Position numbers and translations under genes: made by a program | DNA from: Minisyncoccota bacterium | GTDB lineage: Bacteria > Patescibacteriota > Minisyncoccia > Minisyncoccales > JAQTPW01 | NCBI GenBank assembly: GCA_028712565.1 | Contig: JAQTPW010000001.1 | Location: 77,114-141,113 of the forward strand | Direction of reading: 5' to 3' | Length of the DNA stretch: 64,000 nt | The notes under the pieces: model-generated | Databases searched by the model: none | What the model was told of the DNA's origin: nothing | What the model saw: the letters and a program-made list of their open reading frames with translations, nothing else | Shown: positions 9,183 through 17,960 of the stretch, piece by piece | Position numbering within the stretch: position 1 is the stretch's first letter | Layout: the number at the start of each line of letters is the position of its first letter

Positions 9183-9791
9183 ATGAAATGGCCTATCAGA
9201 TTTAAAAACGTTATCATTATTGATGCGACTTTCGGTTCTACTGTTGGCGGCAAGATAATTCTGAGGCGGCACGAAGCAGATAATTTTGGGTTGCAACAAC
9301 TTACAACTATTGAGAATGCTTCACAGCTAGAATCCGAATATAAGATGAGGCGCGTTGGGCTTAAGATAAAAAACAGTTCCCTGTATTATCGCGGCGAAGA
9401 TAGAATCGATTCTATTTATATTCATGATTACCGGGATAAAAACTTCTACGCGAAAGCTCTTTGTGTATCACCAAATGGAGTTACCGTAGGGATCGAATGC
9501 TTACTGACGGGTATTTTACATGCTTGGGCGGCGAGAGGCATTCCGATTTATTGTTCTGAAGAAATTTGGCAAGCATATCGAGTAAGAATTAATGAATATA
9601 CGAACGGTACGATAATAATACCGAAAAGCCATATTTCCAGCTATCCAAAAAAAGAAACCCCCGGAATAGAATTTAAAAAGGTTGTAAAAAGAGAAACTCA
9701 AAAAGACGCCGATCTTAATAATTTAAACCGGGGCCCATTTGCCAAATTTCTGCAAACTCTTGATTTAAACGACTTTAAAAAGCAATTTTAA
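9183..9791 (+). CDS. Divergent bifunctional nuclease (BFN/DUF151)-like protein
   Basis: EA, FYAK, PIYCSEEI and C-terminal FAKFLQTLDLNDF resemble BFN; strong SD AGGAGGT at ~9170. Confidence 0.6.
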   Translation: MKWPIRFKNVIIIDATFGSTVGGKIILRRHEADNFGLQQLTTIENASQLESEYKMRRVGLKIKNSSLYYRGEDRIDSIYIHDYRDKNFYAKALCVSPNGVTVGIECLLTGILHAWAARGIPIYCSEEIWQAYRVRINEYTNGTIIIPKSHISSYPKKETPGIEFKKVVKRETQKDADLNNLNRGPFAKFLQTLDLNDFKKQF

Positions 9792-9795
9792 ACAT

Positions 9796-9820
9796 ATACC
9801 GTTGGCTTTGCCAACGGTAT
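9796..9820 (+). terminator. Intrinsic terminator
   Basis: ATACCGTTGGC-TTT-GCCAACGGTAT followed by a T run. Confidence 0.8.
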
Positions 9821-9901
9821 TATTTTTTTTAAAATAAGCTATAATATAAATAGTGGCTGTAAATTTAAATATTATAATTAAATAATAATTTATAAAAAAT
9901 T

Positions 9902-10708
9902 ATGAAAAAAACAATTTTCATCGCCGCCATATTATTATTGGCAGTTAGTTTTTTTGCATTTGCAGACGAAAATTCTACAACCTCTGCAGGAATGACACCC
10001 GACAGTCCGTTTTATTTCTTAAAAACTTGGAAAGAAGCAATTCAAACTTTCTTTACTTTTGGCGCAGAAAACAAAGCTAAACAATTCCTTCATTTGGCAG
10101 ATGTAAGATTGGCTGAGTACCAAAAAATGCTAGAGTTGGGCAAAGATGAGATCGCGCAAAAAACTCTTGAAAAATATGAAAAGCAGTTAAATAGAGCCAT
10201 TGAAAAAGTTGAAGAGTTGAAGAAAAAGGGGAAAGACGTAACAAGCATTTCGCAAAAAATTGAAGGAACTACATCAAAACATCTTGAGGTTTTGGAAAAA
10301 AATTTGAAAAAAGTTCCTGAAGCAGGACAAAAAGGGATAAAAAATGCAATACAAAATTCAATAAAAGCTGTGGAAAAATTCCAGGAAAGGATTTCGGAAA
10401 AAGCCAAAAGATGCGTAAATTCAGGCGGGAAAGTAATTACTTCAAATTGCTGCAATAGCACCGATGATTTTCCGAATATCTGCTTAATCGGCGCCTGCGG
10501 ATGTTCTCCCGAAAACAGCCATAAAGTAATGCTTTGCGACTGCGGAGTTGAAAAATGCTTTAACGGAAATAGGTGCGTATATTACGAGCTTGTTGAGCCG
10601 TGCACTAATCAATGCGGAAACGGAGAGTGCGAATCAACTACTTGTACCGCGCTTGGCTGCCCATGCTCCGAAACAGCTGAATCTTGCCCGCAGGATTGCG
10701 CAGAATAG
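9902..10708 (+). CDS. Secreted DUF5667-like helical protein with Cys-rich C-terminus
   Basis: Signal peptide; AGMTPDSPFYFLKTWKE motif; CGNGECE...CPQDC tail. Confidence 0.75.
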   Translation: MKKTIFIAAILLLAVSFFAFADENSTTSAGMTPDSPFYFLKTWKEAIQTFFTFGAENKAKQFLHLADVRLAEYQKMLELGKDEIAQKTLEKYEKQLNRAIEKVEELKKKGKDVTSISQKIEGTTSKHLEVLEKNLKKVPEAGQKGIKNAIQNSIKAVEKFQERISEKAKRCVNSGGKVITSNCCNSTDDFPNICLIGACGCSPENSHKVMLCDCGVEKCFNGNRCVYYELVEPCTNQCGNGECESTTCTALGCPCSETAESCPQDCAE

Positions 10709-10779
10709 GGATAAAATAAAATATCTGAAAAAAACCAAGGATTATTTCTTGGTTTTTTGTTTCATGGTAAAATTAAAAA

Positions 10780-13203
10780 ATGGCAAAGCATAAAGGATTA
10801 AGCGAAAATGAAGTTTTAATTTTGAGGAAAAAATTTGGGGAAAATTTGCTTCCGAGCAAGGGAGAGCCGTCCCCATTTTTTATTTTTTATTCGCAGTTTA
10901 AAAGCCCTTTGGTTTATATCTTGATTTTTGTCGCTTTAATCTCTCTTTGTTTTAAAGAATTTGTCAACGCAATTCTAATCGGGACGGTTATTTTTATAAA
11001 TGTGCTGATGGGATTTTTTCAGGAATTTTCGGCCCAAAAAACCTTGTCAGCTTTGCGGAAAATCTTAAAGCCACGGGCCCTCGTTATAAGAGACGGGAAA
11101 AGAACTGAAATAGAAACAAAGGATTTGGTTCCGGGCGATCTTGTTTTATTGTCGGCGGGAAATCGCGTGCCAGCTGATGGAAAATTAGTAGAAGGCGTGA
11201 GTTTGCTGGTAAACGAAGCGATTTTAACCGGCGAGGAAGAAGCAGTTGGCAAAAATATAAATGAAGGGCAGAATATTTTATTTATGGGAACTACCGTTGT
11301 AGCAGGCAAAGGGATTTTTAAAGCAGAAAGAATCGGAGAATTAACCGAAATGGGAAAAATCGGCCACAGTTTGGCAGAAATAAAAAAAGAAGAAACTCCT
11401 CTGCAGATAAAGTTAGAAAATTTCAGCAAAAGATTGGCATTCATTGTTATTGGAATTTGCGTCCTCATCTTTTTAATCGGCATTTTTTATCGGCAAGATC
11501 CTTTTAACATGCTGAAGGTTTCAGTGATTTTGGCTGTTGCCGCAATACCCGAGGGCTTGCCCATTGTAATTACTGTGATTTTGGCGCTGGGAATGCGGAG
11601 AATTTTAAAAAGGAACGGATTGGTAAAAAAGCTTCTTTCAATAGAAACCTTGGGCTCCACTTCTGTAATCTGCACGGATAAAACCGGCACTTTAACAGAA
11701 GGAATAATGAAAGTGGCAAAAACAGATTTTAGAGATAAATTAAAAGCCCTTTTTGCCTTAACCGTAACTAACGACCAGAGGAGCAATTTAGAAGTTGCGA
11801 TTTGGGAATACATAAAAAAAGAGGAAACATTTAATCCGCAAGAGGTTTTTGATTTGACAAGGCGAATTTATGAAGAGCCGTTTGACAGCGAAAAAAAATA
11901 CACGTTTGCGATTGTAAATATTGAGGGGAAAGATACGGCTTTTATTGCTGGAGCGCCGGAAATAATTTTAGCATTTTGCGACATTACGGAGGAAGAAAAA
12001 ACAAAAATTTTGTCAAAAATCGAGGAATGGGCGGGGGAAGGATTAAGGGTATTGGGAATAATTTATAAAGAAGGCGGAATTCTCAAGGAAAAAAAAGGAT
12101 TTTCTTATTTAGGGGCGGTTGGTATTCGAGATCCAATAAGGGAAGGGGCAAAGGAAGCGATTGAAGCCGCAAAAAAAGCGGGGATTAAGGTAAAAATTGT
12201 GACAGGCGATTATAGGAAAACGGCAGAAAAAATAGCGGATTTGCTGGGATTCAATTTAAAACCGGAAAATATTTTGGAAGGTTCTGAATTGGAAAAAATT
12301 TCCGACGAGGAATTAAAAAATAAAATAGAAAATATCTCCTTATTTACCAGAGTCACTCCGCATCAAAAAATGAAAATAATAAAGGCGCTTCAGGAAAGGG
12401 GAGAGACGGTGGCAATGACCGGAGACGGAGTTAATGACGCGCCGGCTCTCAAAAAAGCAGATATTGGGGTTGTTGTGGGTTCGGCTTCCGATGTTGCAAA
12501 AGAAGCCGGGGACTTGGTCTTGCTCGATAACAATTTCAAAACCATAGTTGCAGCTTGCGAAGAGGGCCGGCTGATTTTTGCAAATATAAAAAAAGTCGTG
12601 GGATACATACTTTCAAATTCTTTTGCCGAGATATTTTTGATTTTCGGGGCAATGGTTTTAAATTTCCCAGCGCCTCTTACGATTGTTCAGATTTTATGGA
12701 TTCATTTGGTTTGCGACGGGCCCCCGGACATTATGCTGGGTTTTGAGCCAAAAGAAAAAGGGATTATGCAAGAGAACCCAAAAGATATTAAAAAAGAAAG
12801 CATCTTGCCAAGATCTATGATGTTTTTAATTTTTGCCATAAGTTGCGCAGTTGGATTTACATCTTTGTTTTATTTCTGGTATTTTAATAATAAAACCGGA
12901 GATTTAAAATTGGCGAGGACTTTGGTTTTCGCGTCAATCGGGACCGTGAGCCTGGTTTATATTTTTGCATTCAAAAATTTGAAAAAATTAATTATCCACA
13001 CTGAAAATTTTTTCCATAATTTGCCATTATTTTTAAGCGTGGGTTACGGATTTTTGCTGATTTTTTCTGCAGTTTATATTCCCGGTTTGAATAAATTTTT
13101 GGGGACAGTCCCGCTTGAATTTTTCCATTGGGTTTTAGTTTTTGCCGTGGCTTTGATCTCCACGCTTTTGGTGGAAATGGTAAAAATTGCAACAAATAAA
13201 TAA
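10780..13203 (+). CDS. P-type cation-transporting ATPase (Ca2+-type, class II)
   Basis: TGE, PEGLP, DKTGT and TGDGVNDAPAL motifs; multiple TM helices. Confidence 0.95.
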   Translation: MAKHKGLSENEVLILRKKFGENLLPSKGEPSPFFIFYSQFKSPLVYILIFVALISLCFKEFVNAILIGTVIFINVLMGFFQEFSAQKTLSALRKILKPRALVIRDGKRTEIETKDLVPGDLVLLSAGNRVPADGKLVEGVSLLVNEAILTGEEEAVGKNINEGQNILFMGTTVVAGKGIFKAERIGELTEMGKIGHSLAEIKKEETPLQIKLENFSKRLAFIVIGICVLIFLIGIFYRQDPFNMLKVSVILAVAAIPEGLPIVITVILALGMRRILKRNGLVKKLLSIETLGSTSVICTDKTGTLTEGIMKVAKTDFRDKLKALFALTVTNDQRSNLEVAIWEYIKKEETFNPQEVFDLTRRIYEEPFDSEKKYTFAIVNIEGKDTAFIAGAPEIILAFCDITEEEKTKILSKIEEWAGEGLRVLGIIYKEGGILKEKKGFSYLGAVGIRDPIREGAKEAIEAAKKAGIKVKIVTGDYRKTAEKIADLLGFNLKPENILEGSELEKISDEELKNKIENISLFTRVTPHQKMKIIKALQERGETVAMTGDGVNDAPALKKADIGVVVGSASDVAKEAGDLVLLDNNFKTIVAACEEGRLIFANIKKVVGYILSNSFAEIFLIFGAMVLNFPAPLTIVQILWIHLVCDGPPDIMLGFEPKEKGIMQENPKDIKKESILPRSMMFLIFAISCAVGFTSLFYFWYFNNKTGDLKLARTLVFASIGTVSLVYIFAFKNLKKLIIHTENFFHNLPLFLSVGYGFLLIFSAVYIPGLNKFLGTVPLEFFHWVLVFAVALISTLLVEMVKIATNK

Positions 13204-13313
13204 GAGAAAATTTTTCTGGGTGCTTTCGGACGATTTTTATGAGATATTGCTTTCTGGAAAAAAAGATGCATAATATACCTTAGAAATTTAACATGGTTAT
13301 AACGGAGGGGAAA

Positions 13314-13592
13314 ATGAAAAAGATAAGAATTCTTCTTTTTCTTTTTGGCAATGTTCAAGGAGTGGGGTTGCGCAAGAAAATACTGGAAAAGCGTAATAAG
13401 GATTTTAAAACAATAGCCGGCTTTGCTAAAAATCTGCCACCGCCGGATCGCAACGTAGAAATTGCACTTGAAGGGGACTATGGTAATATCATTTGCTTTG
13501 AGAAGTGGATTGGAGAATTAGAGGGGGTGAAACAAACAAAAGTTATCCGGGAAAATTACACAGGCGAGTTTACAGATTTTGAAATCAGGTAG
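13314..13592 (+). CDS. acyP: Acylphosphatase
   Basis: GNVQGVGLR, GFAKN and C-terminal FEIR; start chosen after the GGAGG SD. Confidence 0.8.
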   Translation: MKKIRILLFLFGNVQGVGLRKKILEKRNKDFKTIAGFAKNLPPPDRNVEIALEGDYGNIICFEKWIGELEGVKQTKVIRENYTGEFTDFEIR

Positions 13593-13719
13593 GTTATTGC
13601 ACCTTTAAAAATTGCGAAATTGCGAAATCATTGAAAAGGAGGCGAGGTTATCAGTAAAAATTAAAAAGATTGGTTTTTCTGGCAGGCGTTCTGGTAAATA
13701 AAAAAGGAGGAAATTTTTA

Positions 13720-14406
13720 GTGAAGAAAATATTGCCAATTTTGGCGGTTGTGTGTTCGTTGATTTTGCTTTTGCCAGCTGCAGCACTTGCAGCAAAGTCG
13801 GCCGACTGCGTCACCATTCAAGACGGCGTACTTACGTACAGCGCCGGGCATTACTTAGCCGGCCACCCCCTGACCGTGGGTTATGATATCTTCGGATACA
13901 ACTATCAAGCCCACATGTTCAGAGGTTCCTATGCCAATGCGTATCTTGGCAAAGATGGCCTTCCGCCATACGAGGGCGACGATGTCGCATATCTTGCACA
14001 AAATCCTTCTGCGGCCAATAAATGGTATTGGCCATACAGAAATGATATGATCGAGATGAAATGGAACGACGCGTGGCTTTCCAATATGGATTGCAATGGA
14101 GATGGCTTACTCGATCGTCCCAGCGATAACGGCGGAACCTATATTGGTTCTGGTGCTTGGGAAACGAACCACCAGTGGGGCGTAAATCCTGATGGCAGTA
14201 ATTGGAATTATTTCGTCAAGATTGTTGCCGCACCTGATGATGCCACAAAATTAAGCGGCATCTGGTATACCGCTGATGGGAAAGAAATCGGCCCCGATAT
14301 TTGGGGGGAATTCGCAACGATAGAGGAGATCTACAACGATCAAAGCACTGGAGATCATGGCGTTCTCTATAGATCGCCAGCTGGTCCCGGCTTTGGCAAG
14401 TGGTAA
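13720..14406 (+). CDS. Secreted hypothetical protein
   Basis: SD AAGGAGG, GTG start, signal peptide, Trp/Tyr/Gly-rich, DCNGDG EF-like loop. Confidence 0.75.
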   Translation: MKKILPILAVVCSLILLLPAAALAAKSADCVTIQDGVLTYSAGHYLAGHPLTVGYDIFGYNYQAHMFRGSYANAYLGKDGLPPYEGDDVAYLAQNPSAANKWYWPYRNDMIEMKWNDAWLSNMDCNGDGLLDRPSDNGGTYIGSGAWETNHQWGVNPDGSNWNYFVKIVAAPDDATKLSGIWYTADGKEIGPDIWGEFATIEEIYNDQSTGDHGVLYRSPAGPGFGKW

Positions 14407-14430
14407 AGATATCCTCAAGGTAACAACTAT

Positions 14431-14457
14431 GGGGTTGTGACATTTTGCCACAACCCC
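14431..14457 (+). terminator. Intrinsic terminator
   Basis: GGGGTTGTG...CACAACCCC followed by TTT. Confidence 0.75.
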
Positions 14458-14590
14458 TTTAATTTTGGCAAGTTTGCCTGTTTTGTGAAATTTTAATCTT
14501 ATATTAATGAAGAAATTACATACTAAAGAATAACTAATTTAACAAAAAAATATAAAGGTCGAATATTTAAAACTTAACAATATTAAAAAA

Positions 14591-14797
14591 ATGAAAACTC
14601 TCGGTTGGATCACTTTTATTTTGGTTATAATCGGGGGGCTGAATTGGGGGTTGGTTGGTTTTTTCAAGTATGATTTGATTTCGGCGATTTTTGGCAACAT
14701 GTCCGCAATGTCTCGTTTGATTTATGATCTAGTCGGTCTGTCCGCACTTTATATGCTTATTTTCGGGAGTCAAATGATGGCGAAAAAGCCGATGTAG
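14591..14797 (+). CDS. DUF378 small membrane protein
   Basis: LVIIGGLNWGLVG..DL...IFG..RLIY.LVGLSALY signature. Confidence 0.9.
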   Translation: MKTLGWITFILVIIGGLNWGLVGFFKYDLISAIFGNMSAMSRLIYDLVGLSALYMLIFGSQMMAKKPM

Positions 14798-14809
14798 ATT
14801 TTTGTAATT

Positions 14810-14843
14810 ACAAATGCGCAGGGAATGATGCCTGCGCATTTGT
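14810..14843 (+). terminator. Intrinsic terminator
   Basis: ACAAATGCGCAGG...CCTGCGCATTTGT followed by a T run. Confidence 0.8.
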
Positions 14844-14879
14844 TTTTTTTAACGCGGCTTTTTGCTAAAATGAACCAAC

Positions 14880-15338
14880 ATGAAAATTAATAATCCATTT
14901 TCAAAAAATAATATTTTAATTTTAAGCCCGGTAATTTTGGTTATGCTTTTTGATTTAGTTTTTACTTTGGTAGGCCAGCCCAAAATGTATTGGAAATTCA
15001 GTTACGAATTTTTCAATGAAGGAAGCCCGCTGGGGGAAATATTATTGGGGCATCACCCCGTTATTTTTATTTTATTTTTCGCCGCCTATATGTTTTTTGT
15101 CTTATTTTTGACAACTAACTTAAAACGGCCTTTTAATATTATATTTGCAATGGGTTTCTTTTTAGGCCACGCATGGGGAAGCTCTTCGTGGGTTCCCGGA
15201 ATAGCCGGAAAATTATTCCAAATCAAAAATCCAGCATATATAAACGATTGGTATTTTATTATCGGTTATTTTATTTTCATTTCCATAATTTCCGGAATTT
15301 GCATAAATATATGGTTTAAAAATAAAGCCAATTCCTAA
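14880..15338 (+). CDS. Hypothetical membrane protein (about 4 TM)
   Basis: Hydrophobic ORF with D..FT and NEGSPL motifs. Confidence 0.7.
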   Translation: MKINNPFSKNNILILSPVILVMLFDLVFTLVGQPKMYWKFSYEFFNEGSPLGEILLGHHPVIFILFFAAYMFFVLFLTTNLKRPFNIIFAMGFFLGHAWGSSSWVPGIAGKLFQIKNPAYINDWYFIIGYFIFISIISGICINIWFKNKANS

Positions 15339-15376
15339 ACTAACAATTAAAAATAACTAAAATTTAATTCAAAATT

Positions 15377-15523
15377 ATGGAAGAAAAAGAAGAGGAAAAA
15401 AGTAAAAAAGAATTGGCAAGGGCCATAAAAAAAGAGGAGAGGAAAGATGAAAGAAGGGGTAGGATGAGACAAGAAGATTTGGAAAGAAAACCAGACGATG
15501 ACCACAACTACTCAGGGAGGTAA
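15377..15523 (+). CDS. Small highly charged protein (48 aa), not in the ORF track
   Basis: MEEKEEEKSKKELARAIKKEERKDERRGRMRQEDLERKPDDDHNYSGR, with an A-rich leader and a downstream terminator. Confidence 0.55.
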   Translation: MEEKEEEKSKKELARAIKKEERKDERRGRMRQEDLERKPDDDHNYSGR

Positions 15524-15555
15524 TTAATATTGTGCGACATTTATTTGAGAAAAAC

Positions 15556-15589
15556 AAAAACAGCGGAATTTTTAAAAACCGCTGTTTTT
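15556..15589. terminator. Bidirectional intrinsic terminator
   Basis: AAAAACAGCGG...CCGCTGTTTTT at the plus/minus convergence. Confidence 0.75.
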
Positions 15590-15631
15590 TATTTTTTTCA
15601 CCCGAGACGGATTCGTTTTAAACGGAAATTT

Positions 15632-15880
15632 TTATTTTTCCCGGTAAATTTTCCAGACTGCGAATGTAATTGATAGGCTGGCGATAAAAAATGCAATATA
15701 TAAAATATCTGCAGATAAATCAAAAGATAAAAATCGCGCTAAGTCATAAAAAACATATATGCCAAAGGTCAGAGAAATGAGCCAGCCATAGTTTTTCTTT
15801 TTCGAGACGGCCAATATTGCCCCTAAAACGGTAACAATCGCCTCAAAACCGATTGAAAGTTCATGCAAAATTTTTATCAT
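15632..15880 (-). CDS. Small membrane protein (about 3 TM)
   Basis: Hydrophobic 82-aa ORF directly downstream of the xer gene. Confidence 0.7.
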   Translation of the reverse strand: MIKILHELSIGFEAIVTVLGAILAVSKKKNYGWLISLTFGIYVFYDLARFLSFDLSADILYIAFFIASLSITFAVWKIYREK

Positions 15881-15900
15881 ACTTTTGTTTATATGTTTTA

Positions 15901-16857
15901 TTATTTTTTATCTTTTCCAAGCGAATGAAATTGGCGATGAATATCCCGCAATCTTTTATTTGTGACGTGGGTGTAGATTTGGGTTGTAACAATATTTCTG
16001 TGGCCCAGAAATTCCTGGATAGTCCTTAAATCAACTCCTTGGTTTAATAAATCGGTTGCCATTGAGTGCCTAAGGGTGTGAGGAGTTGTGAAAAATGGCA
16101 CGCCGGAAAGCAAGGCATATTTTTTAACGATTCTTTCAATGGAGCGGGCAGATAACCGCGCATCGGCGCCTGTTCTTGATCGATAGTGTATAAACAAAGC
16201 TTTGTCTTTGTCGCTTCTGGTTGCCAGATATTTTTTTATCCAGCCCAAAGCTCTTTCTGAAAAATAAACGGTTCTGGGATGCTTGCCTTTGCCGATAATG
16301 CCAAGTTCCAAATCTTTTTTATCCTTGGTGTTGGCGAATTGCTCGCGGTTTAGGGCGACTAGTTCGGCAATTCTTAACCCGGTTGAGAATAATGCCTCTA
16401 AAATAGCCCTGTCTCGGATGCCTTCGGGGTTATTCTGGTCTGCGGCTGATAAAAGCTTCTCAATTTGCTCTAAGCTAAGGAATTTTAGGGTTTTTTCGGC
16501 TTCAGCTGCCTTTTGGAGCTGTATTTTATCGGCAGGCAGTGATTCTATATCTTTTGCGGTAAAATAGCCCAGAAGGGCTCTTAAAGCGATAAGATAGTAG
16601 CTTTGAGTGTTCTTTTGCAATGGCTGGCCATTTGCAGACGAAAAACGGCTTAAATATAGGCGATAATCCCAGATATCGTCGGCAGTAAGCTGGTGGGGCA
16701 GTAATGCCTCTTTTTTTGCCTTTTTAAGCCATAAAACGAACTTTTGGAGGTATCTCTGGTAGTTTTCCTGGGTTTTATTAGAAAGGCCTTTTTCAACTTC
16801 GCAATAATCCAAAAAATCGGGGATATGGTTGATAATATTTTTTTCAGATTTTTTCAT
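15901..16857 (-). CDS. xerC: Xer-family tyrosine recombinase
   Basis: N-terminal SAM-like domain (EKGLS..T..NY); catalytic set in GLRIAE, GKG, HTLRHS, LGH, QIYTH. The xerC versus xerD/xerA assignment is uncertain. Confidence 0.9.
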   Translation of the reverse strand: MKKSEKNIINHIPDFLDYCEVEKGLSNKTQENYQRYLQKFVLWLKKAKKEALLPHQLTADDIWDYRLYLSRFSSANGQPLQKNTQSYYLIALRALLGYFTAKDIESLPADKIQLQKAAEAEKTLKFLSLEQIEKLLSAADQNNPEGIRDRAILEALFSTGLRIAELVALNREQFANTKDKKDLELGIIGKGKHPRTVYFSERALGWIKKYLATRSDKDKALFIHYRSRTGADARLSARSIERIVKKYALLSGVPFFTTPHTLRHSMATDLLNQGVDLRTIQEFLGHRNIVTTQIYTHVTNKRLRDIHRQFHSLGKDKK

Positions 16858-16979
16858 AAATTATTTTTTGCTAAATTCTAAATCCTATATTCTATATTCA
16901 ATTTCTTATATTTAATGTATTGTTTGGTAGGTGTATTTTAGGAAGGGTTTGAGAGTAGCTCAAATATCGCTACTCTAGA

Positions 16980-17007
16980 ATGTCGCTTAACCTACAATGT
17001 GCGAACC
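16980..17007 (-). promoter_or_regulatory. Candidate dif (Xer recombination) site
   Basis: Minus strand GGTTCGCACAT-TGTAGG-TTAAGCGACAT (11-6-11) versus E. coli dif GGTGCGCATAA-TGTATA-TTATGTTAAAT; ~120 bp upstream of xer. Confidence 0.65.
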
Positions 17008-17063
17008 TTTCTATATTCATAATATCAGGCCAAAAGGGGGTGTCAAGGCATCCCCTAGGGCGC

Positions 17064-17098
17064 TAGCCAATAGCCAATAGCCAATAGCAACTAGTCGA
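17064..17098. repeat. 7-bp tandem repeat (TAGCCAA)n
   Basis: TAGCCAA x3, then degenerate TAGCAAC and TAGTCGA. Confidence 0.85.
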
Positions 17099-17118
17099 TA
17101 GTGTTTAGAAATAAAAGA

Positions 17119-17152
17119 GGGCAAGCTGATGAATAAATACATCTGCTTGCCC
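17119..17152 (-). terminator. Intrinsic terminator of the small ORF
   Basis: GGGCAAGC...GCTTGCCC stem followed on the minus strand by TCTTTTATT. Confidence 0.7.
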
Positions 17153-17173
17153 ACCAGTTTTGGTGAGAGAAAT

Positions 17174-17326
17174 TTATCGTAGGTAGGATGCAGGAAGCGT
17201 GCTTCGGATCACTGGCACGGTTCGGCTGATGGCATTGTTATTGCCATTGCCAGTGCCAGCAATTCTTTTTGCACGCGCTTCTGAACGGTCACTGTCTCGC
17301 CACTTGCGATCTTTCCCTCGTTTCAT
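17174..17326 (-). CDS. Small basic protein (50 aa), not in the ORF track
   Basis: MKRGKDRKWRDSDRSEARAKRIAGTGNGNNNAISRTVPVIRSTLPASYLR; SD AAGGAGGTG at 17337-17345; own terminator. Confidence 0.6.
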   Translation of the reverse strand: MKRGKDRKWRDSDRSEARAKRIAGTGNGNNNAISRTVPVIRSTLPASYLR

Positions 17327-17460
17327 ACGATATCATCACCTCCTTTCTTTCGGGCCCTATTTTTAACTTAAGGTCCTATTTTTTATATAATTTTTACAAA
17401 AAATTCCCTCAAAATCAATTCCCTAAAAACAAAACCCGCCCAAATAAATGTCGCACAATG

Positions 17461-17949
17461 TTAGGAGAGCGTATAGCTGCCAACTTGGGTTATGCAAAGA
17501 TTTTTCTTTTTTGCCAATGAAAATAATTTTCTGATATAAATGTGAGAATTTTTGGGAGGATTTTTATAAAACGCAAAATCTGAATGCTGGTAGTCCATTT
17601 TTATTTTAAAATCCCCTACTGGTTTTACGAGGTAGGCAAAGGAAATGTAATAAATGTCTTTTTGCCCGAATTTTCCGGGTTTGCAAAAAAATTCGGATAC
17701 GGCCAAGAATTTTTCAATTTTTATTTTATTTATTCCTAATTCTTCTTTGGCAACCCTGTGCACAGCATCAACTAGCTTTTCATTTTTATAAATTCTGCTG
17801 CCGGGGGTATACCAAAGTCCGCGCGCGGGATCTCCGGTTCTCTTTAATAAAAGGTATTTCCCTTTGAACTCAACTAAGACATCGTTGCTAGCAATTGGAG
17901 AAAATTTTGTAAGTATTTTATAAATTTTTTTTGGGACAAATCCTTTCAT
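17461..17949 (-). CDS. NUDIX hydrolase (GDP-mannose mannosyl hydrolase-like)
   Basis: LLKR..DPARGLWYTPG..IYKNE....AVHRVAKEELG; QHS motif. Confidence 0.85.
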   Translation of the reverse strand: MKGFVPKKIYKILTKFSPIASNDVLVEFKGKYLLLKRTGDPARGLWYTPGSRIYKNEKLVDAVHRVAKEELGINKIKIEKFLAVSEFFCKPGKFGQKDIYYISFAYLVKPVGDFKIKMDYQHSDFAFYKNPPKNSHIYIRKLFSLAKKKNLCITQVGSYTLS

Positions 17950-17960
17950 ATGATTTCAAA

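Noticed and set aside
15901-16857. Prophage integrase or integron integrase
   Set aside because: No phage genes, attC-like cassette array or IntI-specific insertion was seen. The sequence and adjacent dif-like site fit a housekeeping Xer.
17269-17520. Plus-strand 83-aa ORF and the many other antisense or overlapping ORFs in the track
   Set aside because: These are shadow frames of well-supported genes on the other strand or frame, with no recognisable motifs.
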